In this document: positions 38,237-51,300 of the stretch, piece by piece
Layout of the letters: each line of letters begins with the position of its first letter
How positions within the stretch are numbered: the first letter of the stretch is position 1
Origin: Kudoa neothunni
Lineage: Eukaryota; Animalia; Cnidaria
DNA: 64,000 nt
Assembly (NCBI GenBank): GCA_964304625.1
Contig: OZ199839.1
Location: 2,823,223-2,887,222 of the forward strand
Direction: 5' to 3'
The notes under the pieces: generated by a model
What the model saw: the letters and a program-made list of their open reading frames with translations, nothing else
What the model was told of the DNA's origin: nothing
The model's database searches: none
Translations under genes and position numbers: made by a program

Positions 38237-39702
38237 CAGTGTTGCCAGAGTTGGTATGTTTTCATCCTAAATAACGGTATTGGTACTTTTGGTACGATTA
38301 CCAAACAGGTTTGTACGTTTTAAGATAGAATTATCATAAGTACATGCCACGAAACGAATTGTGTTAGAAGACTTAGCGCGAAATATCCACTAATATTTCT
38401 CAAATCGCTCTAAATATCTAAATGATTATAACGAATAACAAATTTTATTTGGCGTCGAGTATCAAAAGATATTGTATCCTTGCTGCAAAAGATGGTTGTC
38501 TCTCGGGCGTGTTTTTAAGAAAATATTGGAAGAATGGACGGTTCTTGCAACTTTTCTCTAGATTGGAACATCAGAAAACAATGCCGACCCCGCACCAGGA
38601 ATATTTTCACATCTCTTTAAAACCATAAATAAAATGTAATATGATTGTTTTAACTTTAATCTTATCTATAGTCATTGACTTCAGTGTTGAATTACAAGGT
38701 GAGGGTTTAGAGCTCATAAGCTGAGGAATTCTTTTGAAAATATTATTAAAGTAAAACTTAGTTATGTTTGAGAAGAAGTCGTCTGATCGAAAAATAACAC
38801 CTTCTGAAGCATAAATTTTAAATACCCAACAAATAATACACCTTTGGATGAGTTTTATTATGAACCGAAATTGGAATCTATTTAGAATGAAAATACTACG
38901 GAAATAAGTAAGCGAGAACTTGCTCCCTTTCTTACCAAAACTCTGGATTTCAATTTACTATTTTCAATACAAACACTTAAAAAATTATCAACAATTGAAA
39001 AGTTTATGAATTTACAATTATTTGAAGCATTGCATCCTGCAAATATTAATGAAGGAAAACCCCATTCCATTATACCCCTTTAAAGAGATTTCCAAATATT
39101 GTGTCTGGGCATGAGCATTTAAATTTGGATATTGAATAAATATAACAGCCTGAAAAATAATGACCAATAAGTTGAAAAAGACCTAGAGAAATTCTGGTAT
39201 GTGGTCTCGAATGAAAGAAGTAGACAAGTATTTAAGTATCCAATACCGCCAAAATTAATGTCGTTATTAATTGTTTTGTCTCATTCTTCCGGATCTTCAG
39301 ACAGATTATCTTCATTAGTGAATAATATCAATGTTAAAAAGCAGATCTTTATTGGAGGATGAAATAATAAATGCTCTCTTATATTCTGGATGTTTATTGA
39401 GAGATGTCAGTTGCTTGAGATGGAACCCATCTGACCAATTAACCAAAATGATGGAAAATATAAACCTATGTGAGGAGGACGATGATAATGAATTAAAATT
39501 TTAATAAATAAATGAATAGATCCTATCAATAATTTTTTCTGTTTCGATTAGTTTTATGTTGCCAAAACTTTATTTTTTGTATTATTAAGAAAATATGCTA
39601 CCTTAGTAAAAATTTTAGTAGGATTTTAAATATTTTGGCACTAATTGGTATGTTTCTATTAAATTATTTGGTAAGATTTTCAAAAATCGCTTGGCAACCC
39701 AG
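38237..39702 (+). mobile_element. Internally deleted hAT element B
   Basis: TIRs cagtgttgcca / tggcaacccag, 8-bp TSD cctgacag / cctgacaa, and ggta subterminal repeats. C-terminal relic LLIVLSHSS..RLSS..EIINALL. Confidence 0.82.
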
Positions 39703-39869
39703 CCTGACAATGACTATTTTTGCGCATAACCACGTTAACGCAGTATTTTAAAAACATTAATACTTTCTATATATTGGATGAGCTAGAAAACACCCCCAAA
39801 AATCGCCACGTGATCGCCGCTTAAAATACGGTTTTTTGTTGAACATCGGGTAATAACAAATCCTATGAC

Positions 39870-40240
39870 ATTTGCAAAACACCCTTGTTTGAATCTACTT
39901 TGTAGCCAATTTTTACGATTTATTTTAATAAAATAAATAAATTCGGAGGTCAAAAATTCAGCCATAAGAAACAACTTCTAAATTTTATTCAAATCCCACT
40001 TCGAGCAACATCGTTCGTACGTGTAATCTCTCTTCTGGTTACAAAGACTTCCCAATTTCCATATTAGTCACAGATTTTAACATTTTTGATTCTCAGAATC
40101 ACTTAAATTATTTTAAACATAATTATTTGATCAAAGCGTGAGTTTAAGTGCTCTATATAGCGGTATTACATTTTACAAACTGAGCCCCTCAATTAATTCA
40201 AATTAAAAGGAGTGAAATATACATTTTATCATTATTTTTA
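39870..40240 (+). repeat. Interspersed repeat, copy 2 (copy 1 at 28790-29150)
   Basis: Collinear similarity to 28790-29150. Confidence 0.75.
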
Positions 40241-42468
40241 CGATAAACCAAGATATTTAGTTTCTACATTTTTTGTTATGTTTATATTCATTGGATAAAA
40301 TTATATGGTTGAATTTGTTTCAAAAATCAAACATGAAAAATTTAAATATTGTTGAAGTTTCAAATTAACTCAAAGATGCAAAATAACTACAAAATTTTAA
40401 GCCGCATACTTTAACGATTTGGATTAAGGAAATTTTAATTATGACCACTTTCTTTGAAGGAAAGTACCAATCCCGACGTTCATTCAAAAATTTCCTGGCC
40501 CGGCACCAACGCTAAAAAATTAATTGTCATTGTCGTATTTTGTTGCATTCCCCAATTATTTAAATCCCGTAAAATGTTACCCTAAACGTTATCTTTGGCC
40601 CGGCTCAGAAAATTTGTGCATCACTGTTTAAGGGAGACAAATAAATAGAAAAAGATATAGTGATAGAAGAAAATGGACGAAAAATTAATTTTCGTTTCTC
40701 AAATTAATATCTCTTGACCTGGGAAAAGCTTAACGCATTTTTTCCCATAAACAACCACAATTCGCGTCAACTTCAACATAAACAATTTAAATAATTGGAT
40801 GAAACAAAAGTAAAACCGTCAGCATTGAATATAATAATGGAAAGTTAAATTTAGCGGACGATTTCAATAAAGTCTACGGGCGCAGTATTTCCATTATAAT
40901 GTTTCAATCAACGTGATTTAAACTTTCTCCATCAATTCGTTATTCATGAAACATATATACATTTTTTATAATATCTAAAAACCATTAATAGAACCTTCAA
41001 AATGTATTTATCAAGTCAAATATGTTAAAACTCCCCACATAGAGATTGTATCTATACGAACATCTAAATCTACACACTAAATATATATATATATATATAT
41101 ATATAAAGTCAGATAGCAGCAGTTAATCAACATTTGATAGAGCATATAAGGGAGAATGTTAACTTCAACCGACTTTCACCAGGACATAAGCCCACGTTAA
41201 TCCTATTGTTGAACTCATGTAATCCGATAAAAAGCTTGGAACCGACAAAGTCACCATGTGCTAAACACTCATGGAAACACATGGTAGTGTGAAAACGATT
41301 TAAAGATTTTTTGAAACATTGCGATTTTTAAAAAATTTCCATAACTCTCTCTATAAGGAAGGAACTTTGACATTCCATCTTTATTTGGGTTAAAATACAA
41401 AATAATGGTCGAAATTCTAATTAGCGACAACGGAAAAAAAACGAAACCCAATTATTTTAGTTTTTGTATTTATCGGTGTTGCATCATTACTAGGTTACTT
41501 TTCTGCATTCTGTTAGTTATCCACAATAGTTGTTGCAACATAATATTGAACTCTTAGCATCTCTTAATTATTCTTACAGGCATTAACACTCAACAGAATT
41601 ACTTAAAATTTATTTCTTTTTAAATTTGAGTGTGACAATTTTCTCCTTAGTCATTCCCTATTATTAATTCTATATCTCTAAGAATAAAAATTCCCTATTT
41701 TATATTTTATACAATCGTTAGCTGATTAATTGTACCAAATGCATAAGGCTAATATCGAAAATAATTTATTGGATGTAATCCATTCATTCCTATCATTATA
41801 TGTTCAACAAATATCATACTAATTTGATTTAAAATATATAGGATTAATGGTCGATATAAGTATAATATTTAATCGGTACATGCAGCCGTTATTCTGCATT
41901 TTAACCTTAATTCGTTTTATTGAACAGTGTTATGACTTTTAGAAGCGTAGAGAAGCCCTGAGTCAAAAATAGAATGAGAACGATCGATTCCTTGCTCACG
42001 ATAAATAATTCTTATTTTATAATGTGGTTTACGTGACGTAAGGTATAAGTTGCGTGACACATAATATATGTTTGGTGAATATTAACATGGATTACGTGAC
42101 AAACAGCATCACAAGAAAATTGGTGCTAAAAAAGATGCGCATATGTGTGTTTTTCAGGTGTCACAAACTTTATAATTACCCACAATTTAGCCGATAGAAT
42201 TTGTTCATTATGTTTAACATAATATTTAAATTCATAATATTATATAAAAATGTGGATTTAATAGCCCCCAAAAACACCAAATATATAGTTGATTTTGAAG
42301 TGTACGGGTGATTAAAATTAATGAAGAATAAATGTATATTTTGAAAGCACTTAATTTGAATTTCCTGAAGAGTGTTTCGTACTATCTTCGTCGGCACATT
42401 TTGTCAATGTGATAAAAATATCCTTTAATTAATTAACAAATTTATTGCGTTGGATTTATTACTAAAAC

Positions 42469-43826
42469 CAGGGGTACCGAAATGCGGCCCGCGATGTTCC
42501 CCAAACCCGAATAAGCTTGCGCACGTGAAATTGTGTTTACTTAATTGAAGACTTTTAATACATTACTTTAGTAGATAAGGATTGATTAAAAATCCTCATT
42601 TAATTACGTTAACGATTTCACTTTGTCTTAACTGAAATAAAAGAGAAAATCGACTCACGGATATAGTAAAATCCTAAATTTAAAATGCATGAATCGATAT
42701 AACACATGTTACAAGGTTTATTGGGTTCCTATGCTTCTAATTGTCTTAAGTTAATAATAATTATATTAATTTATAAATTAAATTGATTAGTTCTAATTTT
42801 TTAATTCTGGTTGAGTTTAATTAGTTTGATATTAGAAATTATAAATGAAAGGGCTATAATCACCGTTCCTCAGATATTTTCAAACGTTATATACAGTATT
42901 TTACAAAATTATGGACGTATCCCCAAAGTGTAATTAATAAAAAAATTCAAAAAATGACAAATGAAACACCTTATTAGCATCTACACAATTCAAATATCAT
43001 CAAATAAATAAAATATGAATTTTATACTTAATAAAAATTATAATTCTTAATCACAACCATAATTATAGTCAACTTGCGATTTTTTGAGCTATACAATAGA
43101 CAACGGATGATTCATAATCCCATTGTGAGCCTCAAATCTGAAATATACTAAATCCTGCCACAGGAATCAGTTTCCTGTTTCATATTCAAACAAAAATTCA
43201 TTATTTTTGTATATTTATATTATTTTCGTTTCAATTTTATAACTGTTTTTCGAAAAAAATTATTTTTAATCAGGCCTCGAGGCTTAGCTTATGAGAATCA
43301 AAAATTTGGCCCGTTAGTTAAAAACTTTGGTTAACGGCGGAGGTCAGATAGAGCACATCGGTGTGACACTCGGACTCAGAACCTTGAGGTAATGGATTCT
43401 AATCCGCCGCTGGTCCAACTACTGCTTCCGTGTCGGTGAGGTCCTCTATTCCATATTTGGGAGCTGCGGTTAGGATGTACGCTCGCTGTGGAGTGGGGTG
43501 CATTAGCAGCCAAATTCACGTGAATAGGACTCTAAATCACCAGAACCCATCGAAAGGCAAGCAATTTGCAGCCCTTACGGAGCCAACGTCCTTAAAGGAA
43601 TAGAATTTGGCGTGGTGGTCGCCCTGAGAGGAGGATTTTTAGTGGTTTAAAGTCCCACACTACCGCATAAAGATAAGGGGCGGGGTTCAATGTTATGCCC
43701 TGCGGTGCCGAAAGCGTTAATGGACGAGGTCTGACCAACCAGAATTCCACAAACCTAATCAAGTTGCTCCAGGGGGTTTACCTTATAAACAAAATAAAAA
43801 AAAAGTTAAAAACTTTGGTGACCCCT
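42469..43826. mobile_element. Non-autonomous hAT (Buster/Charlie-like) element interrupted by a SINE
   Basis: Left end caggggtaccgaaatgcggcccgcg. The right end reads tggcccgttagttaaaaactttggtgacccct once the SINE and one TSD copy are removed. Confidence 0.6.
43332..43803 (+). mobile_element. tRNA-headed SINE, family A, full length
   Basis: Perfect 16-bp TSD agttaaaaactttggt (43316-43331 / 43804-43819), tRNA-like head, and a 3' end gggggtttacctt + A-rich tail. Confidence 0.88.
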
Positions 43827-45351
43827 TCTTTATCCCACCTCGTGCACAAACTCAGGGAAGCATCAATCCCTCGATGCCGGTCCCAATAAAAACAAAATTT
43901 ATCTACGATAGCCAAAAACATTCTACTACTGGGAACTCCTGTAAAAATTGAACCTTTATGTAACGCACAGTCCTTGAGATATTACGTTATTGTTTTTTAA
44001 ATATAAAAATTTAATAGATTCAGTGTAGAGATTATATGAATGCTGGATTAATGAAAAATCGAATGAATAGATGATAGATGTGCTTAAGAAATAGTTCGAT
44101 AGGAAAATCCTCTATTACCTCCCTATTAAATATTTATATTCGTGAAATAAGGCGATAGCGCATTTACAAAGGGAATCCTATTTAAAGAACACATTAAAAT
44201 TGAAATTATTATTCCGATACAAATGTATAATTGGCCTCTATTTTTAAACTTATTCAGAATTACCCGATAATCGGTTTCTTTGAGTCAGAGGGTACGATCA
44301 ACAATAGGATTAAACGTGGGTACGAACTCCGACGTTCGTATTTATAGTTGAATGTATTTATCAAAATAAATAAAATATTTCCCATTTTATCATAATTGTG
44401 CATAATAAAAAATATCGCTTCTTTCGATATAATTTTATGTTTTTATTTTATGCTTAATCCTTGCGTGATGTCAGGACCTATTTAAATGCATAAAATCTTA
44501 TATATATATCCACAAAAAATAGAGTGTACGAGAAATATTGATAATATTTTGATAGGTTTGTTCAGATTAGAGCAGTAGGATATCTGAGTTATATTGACAA
44601 TAAGTAAATTATTGTAGATCACATCAATAGCTAATGAAGTTATAGGAATTTAGAATAAATGCGATTAATTTTTAACAACCAACCAGAGTATTGCAGCCTT
44701 ATAAATTTAAAGAATAACATCAACTAGAAATAAATATTCTTTTGTACATTCTAACCATATTTCATATTAAGAATGGTAAAGATTTGATCCAATTAGGAAA
44801 CTCTACTGACTCACCTTGGGTTATAGAATTTGGAGTAATCCTTAATACGGTTAACCTGGGTTTATCTTCATTAGGAATAATGTGCAGTTAATATGTAAGT
44901 AATATTGAAAAGTTTAATGGATAAGAAAGTAATTAATAGCTTTCCTTTAAATTAGTGGATTTAGTCTATCGTTATAAAACCGACTACCCAAAACATGGTT
45001 TGATTATCAAATCGCAACAGCCATCAATAGTAATATTAGTTAAGTGGGTAGGGTGGTCGACATGGTTCGCAACATAATTCGAGATAATCATCTCACTACG
45101 AATGGGTATATTCATTTGATACCGAAAAGTAGATTTGCGATTAACTATTGTTTCCGTACACACACTTAAAGAGTAAATATAGCAAATCCATTTGTTGGTT
45201 TAAGTATTGAAGAGTTTTTGTTGAGTAATTTTTAACAAATAATATATTTTCTTGTTAATTAATAAAATTAATAAATTGATTCACTATTGCATATATAGGT
45301 TGATTATTGCTACAACCGACAAAGAGATAACACATATTTACAGAGGTGATA

Positions 45352-48300
45352 ATGTTCAAAGATTGGATAGCAGCTCAGCTAGCTCTTAATGACTCAAATA
45401 ATATATTTGATGAAATCATATCTAAGGTGAGTCGAATTGAGTGACACAATTCTATCTTTACTATTGTAGTTGGCTGTTGAGATCGAATGCAGCACACCAT
45501 GGTGCAAGAAAAAAATAACAGGTCAAGATTCGTTGATAGCTATAAGTAGCGTGAGATTTGAGGAATTTTTCAGTTTTTTTAATTACCTACGTTGGGCGAC
45601 TTGAGAAAGTAGCTATTACGTGTTCCAGTCGTAGGCAACTCTTTTGTTATTTCTGTTCTATTAGAAAGCCGCGTCGAAGGCTCAACTATCACGTACCGAT
45701 AGTTTGGTGTTGTATGCATTGTTCAGATGTTTTAAAAAAGGTGGGTTTGGTCAGTTGTTCTCTCTAATTTGTGTTAATGCTAGAACTGTGAGCAAACCAA
45801 ACAAATTGAAGCCAGCCAAGTCAAAGAGGCAGTATTTGTATTATATCGAGTAAATTTGACTGAGTTGAAAATCGCATTTTACAATGTTTACTCACAACTA
45901 TAGATATATAATGGAGAAATCACAGGAAATTTTGATAATGACGTTGAGATAATTGCAGGAAAATGTCTAAGAGTGCTGAGCAAGTATCACTTCAATGTCA
46001 TCTTCAACCAAATACTTCAGAGGTAAGGATATCCTCCATATGTGGAATGAGCCAACGAACTCAATTTGATTTGATTTGATTTATAGATTGAATGCAATGG
46101 TAAAGGATGACGATGAAGAAATTCAACACTCAGTCTCCACCAACTGTTTGAATTTGCATCAATGTGATTTGTACAACTACCTCAAAGGTATTTTTTAATA
46201 GTGTCACCAAATACATTGAAGGCTTAATTCTGACCCAATTTCTATTAGATTGTTGGGGTATTTGGGAAAAGAAAAAGGTGTCCAAACCTGTTATGGCTTG
46301 GACAATAGGAAAAGTAAACGAAAACCATTGTTCTCCTAAAATATAAAATTTTATTATTATTTGATTTATTTATTCTCGTAGGTATTGAGAAAATGGGTAG
46401 AAAATAATTCTGAAGAGTACAACCATTATTTCTTGAGACCGAACCAACAAATCATTCAACTTTGTGATCAGTGGGAATAATGAATTAAGTAAACATGGAG
46501 ATAAAGGAAAGTGCCGAATTCATATTTGGTCGTTACAATCAATTCTCATATTTCTGATACCGGTAATTATTATCCTATTTATTAAGATTTAATAAGGCAT
46601 TCCAGTGACCATTCACATAAATAATAATGCTCAAATAAGTGTTTTTTATGACTTTCGATTAGTTTAATTTTAGGAGTTTAATTAAACCAATTTAGATCAT
46701 CTATTTTTATCAATTTAAGTATTATCGGGAGATCTTTGTAGTTGAGTTTTAAAAAATAAGCTGATAGACCAAAAATTTTGCCACTTATAATTCTTTGTCG
46801 ATTATTTTCCGCTCTTTTTAAATTTTACCTATGAATAAACTATTTTAATCTAATTATTTTTTATATTATATAATTTTGACTCTATTTTTTCGAATTAATG
46901 ATTATTTCATCACCTCAAAGAGATGGCTAATTCATTAATTCCGTTGCGTCAAATTATATCAAATTATTCATATTATTTGTGAATACTAAGTTTCTAGCCG
47001 AAAATAAAAACTAAATTTGACAATACTTTTTTCTAAAAAAGAATTAAATATAAGTGAATGTGATCCTATTATACTGTAACATATCGTAATAAATTAACTT
47101 TGTTTGTCTAGTTTTCCAATATGCCTTATTTTATTATTTTAGAATTTTACATTGCATATTTTTTGTATAAATTTCATTTTACTCATCATGATATAATCAT
47201 TATATTAATAATTTTAATTAAATTCTCATTTGCATTTTGTAAAACATTTCAAAACTAATTTTAACAAGTTAATATTTGCCAAGATCATCAAATTGATGAA
47301 TTAAAATGCGAAACTTTATTGTCGGTTTAACACATTTACGCACTCACGTAAATTCGTTAGTTTGCATTGTTTAATTGTAAGTTAGCAGTTTCATAAAAAC
47401 TTATTTATTCATCGTAACATTAAGTTATTATTATTTATTAATGTACATTCAAGTATTTAAGTTAAGGATATTTTAATTAGATTATCTGCAATTGATTATT
47501 TATTATGTGTTAATTAATTTAAATAATGGCTAAAATTTGGTTTGATTGGGATATAAATATTTCTATGCATTATTCTATCCATTCAATGTTTTATTATATA
47601 CATTTAGTTGTCTTGTTTTATCTAATAATTACATTATAATGCGAGTTTATGAATAAATTAGAATTAATAATTTATAAAAAAATTGTTAAAGTCTTCAATT
47701 TATATAATATTTATTATTTCTAATTATAGTTTCATTTTAAATAAAAGTTAACAAATATTCAAATATTTTCAGACGTCTTAAATCTATTATAATTGTTTAA
47801 AAGAATTTATTTAGTTCTATAAAAATCACACAATCCATATGTATACATACACATTTCTAATTATTAATTGAATTATGAGTGATTAAGTATAAAAATAAAG
47901 TTGATTTAATCATAAAGTTTATAAATGCTCTAAGCTTTGTAATTTTTTCAATAAATAATCGAAAATATTATTTAGCCTCAACTAATTCTAAATTCTTTAT
48001 AATAAATAATACGATTATGTTTTAATTAATAAATATTAATTTACTAAAAAATTCGTGACTAATATTTTTGAGTATTTTATAAAATTTCAGCCTTAATATT
48101 TCAGGATGAATTTCTTGAATTTTTTATCAATTTGTTTTTAATTTTTATAAAAAATTTCCGCTTTGCGAATGTGAATAAAAGAATATTATAATTAAGTATA
48201 TATTTTTTGTAACGAAAACCTCTCTATCAGTTATTCACATTAACAGTAATTATATCTCAATAACCTCGTATGTTCTTTCAATGATGATTAATATTGAAAA

Positions 48301-51300
48301 GTTAATTAATTACTTCATTTTTTAAATAATTCAAAAATGTATTATGATTGTTAATATCCAGAAAACGATAATTTTTGAATAATTTTAAAATACGAAATTG
48401 CCTCAATGTTATAATAAAAATATAAAATTTTTATTACTTAAAATATTATTAAACATGCCAGATAATTATAAAATTGATTGAACATAACTTTGATAGAGAT
48501 GTAAAATTTTATTTATACAGTGAATTTATTAATAGATCATTTTATACAAATTTGAGCTATCTATAGATTGGATGATCTATTATAATAAACCGTTATATAA
48601 TTCTAATATTTCGTTGATTTAGGCCACTCTAACGTCCACTGCTCATTTGAACAATCCTTACAAGGTTCAAGGAAAAGTACAATTGATTTTCGGCTTTTTT
48701 CTTATGTATTACTTTCTTCTAGTACACTCCATTTATGACTCAGGTGAAAAAAGTGCTTGATTCCAACAAAGGTCAAGATTTTGATGCGGCGGTTATCGCT
48801 GCGATTTCCTTTTGCCATATGGTGTTGTTATTGGAACCTAGTAAAAGATCCAATGTCATTAACACATTCGATTATTTTATCGAAAAGTTGAAGGTAAAGT
48901 TTAATGAGATGGTTCACTTAGTAATTATTTAACGCATCTCTAATAGGCATTATTTGTAACCACTATAAAAACCTCAGCCTTGGGCGATGTCCTTTCGGAA
49001 AAATTTCTCATCGATATATTCAAAATTATCGTGATAGCAGAAGCTGATTCAGATATCACTTACGATCTCATTTTATGCTCGAAAAATATTCAATCAATTT
49101 ACGTGATTATATTGAGAGGCTTGTTGAGTGTGGACGAGATGGTATGGTGTCAGTTGGGCCGTGTATTCGATATTGATCTCAACCCTATAGACAAATGGCA
49201 CAAAGCTTCAGCACATTCTTGAGATTATTTCAAGATTTAAGATAGTGAACAAATTTATTGAGGACTACATTAATGTAATTTCAAATGATTTGTTATGTTG
49301 GGGTCGCATGAATAGGTGTTATATGTGAACGGATAATGTAGATTTCGGTGTCATTGCAGTCTAGTCATTACAGCCAAAAGACACCTTCCACGACGAAAGT
49401 AATACTATCTTTATAAATTTCGATAGCAACTGAATTATTCTTACAGCAGCAGCAAAAAGTATCCAAAAAGGCTAAAGCCCCCTGAAAACGAGAGTCTTCT
49501 TTTTTATTGGATGATGAATTTGTTCGAGCATTTCCCAGCTGCAATAATTCTCGTATATTGTTACCAAAAAATTTATTAAATTTTCACTTTCGTCAAAAAT
49601 TAGAAACATGTTGGATTCGTGCCACACACCCCAACCCCAGATATCACGTCGTTGTACAAATTCGCCATTTTCTATCCCACCTATCCGATAGCTATAAAGG
49701 CTCTGAAAGTGATTAGTTAATATGCATTGATATATAGGATAATATTGGATATAGGTTCTGCAAACTATTCACAAAAAAGAATACATTCAATTATGGCAGA
49801 AGAATTCTCCTTCAATCACGTATCTCCACTATAACTTTGACGGCGCTTCCCAACTGAAACGTTCCAATTAAATTAAAGCTAAATTTTTCAGTCTCAATAT
49901 TCGTTAACCCTCTAACGATCATAAAAACGACTTACCTCCAGCGATCATTTGGGGTCGGATCAACACCACATTTTTATTTTATTTTTCTTTACTAAAAAAT
50001 ATTTTGTTACGGTTTACAAAATATATAAGAAATCTATAGAGGAATTTTGGAGTAAATTAAAGTTTACTAACCCATTAATCTTCGATAATCCGTTTATGAA
50101 AGGGTTCAGACAACTTCACCACATATCGTTAATATTAAATTCTGAGGAAACAGCGGCTATATTGTGAAATGAGATTCATCTCTACAAACTAATTTAATGA
50201 TGCTAATTATTACAATTTTAGCGAACTTTCACTGAAATTAAAACAAACATAAAAAGTAGCTTTATGACTTTGTGCACTCAAAAAAATAACGCATTCGAAC
50301 GTTCAACCATAACATAACACTACTTACGTAATATATTATTTCACGTGGTTTATTTTTTTTAAGTTTTGAAACGCTTAATGAAACGTCTAACTAATCGGTC
50401 GATTCAAAATGGCGATTGCACAATCCGCAAGTAACAACAATCAAGCATTGATTTTACTCTCAACGTCGTATAGATTGTTGAGCGCAGCGGAGAGTTCAAA
50501 AAACATTTTCCGCCCTTGTTCTTGATGTAGATCTCTTTGTAAGATTTTAAACTAACCCATATTTGCTAATAAATGAATTATCGTATGTACCCAGATCGTC
50601 GTCATCAGTTTCCTGAGAGATCCTCAATTATAACATCCTCATATTCACTACTAGACGACTAATCGTTATGTAATAAAAAATAAAATTTAGGATCCATAAA
50701 TATTATCCTTATACTAAATTACTCTTGAAGGAAGAAAATATTTTCTATTATCTAGTGCAATCAATCGCCGAAATTGTACACAATCAATGTTCGATTAGGT
50801 TGCGTAAGGTTAGTTGGAGGATTAATTTTCATTTTCCTTAGAATTGTTTTAGTAAGTTTTTTTGATATCTCACATAACAAATTTAAAGAAATTTACGTAC
50901 AAAATGATGAAATAAAAAGATGGGGCCGAATCGATCACAAATGATCATATGATCAAATGATCGTTGGAGGGTATCCTTCAAAATTGGCTACACAAAAAAA
51001 CCTAAATCATCCAATTTTCCTCAGTTACATAGAATAATATATTTATAAATAATAGCATGAGTTCAAGAACATTGGAACTAAGGGAGAAAAAGTTATACGT
51101 TTTTCAATTCTACTTTGGGGTCGACTCGGCCTCAGTATCGTTAAAGGGTTAATATATATGTATCATATAATCAGAAAAATTAGTATTAATAATTATCTGT
51201 TACAGATATTTTAGAGTTACTCTAAAAATATTTTATTTTCAATATTTGACTGTATTAAATCCAATATTAGTTAATTTAAAATATTTAAATGATATTAATT

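Noticed and set aside
49260-49500. Second apparent NF1 frameshift
   Set aside because: It can be resolved with ordinary ~45-48-nt introns using alternative GT/AG sites.
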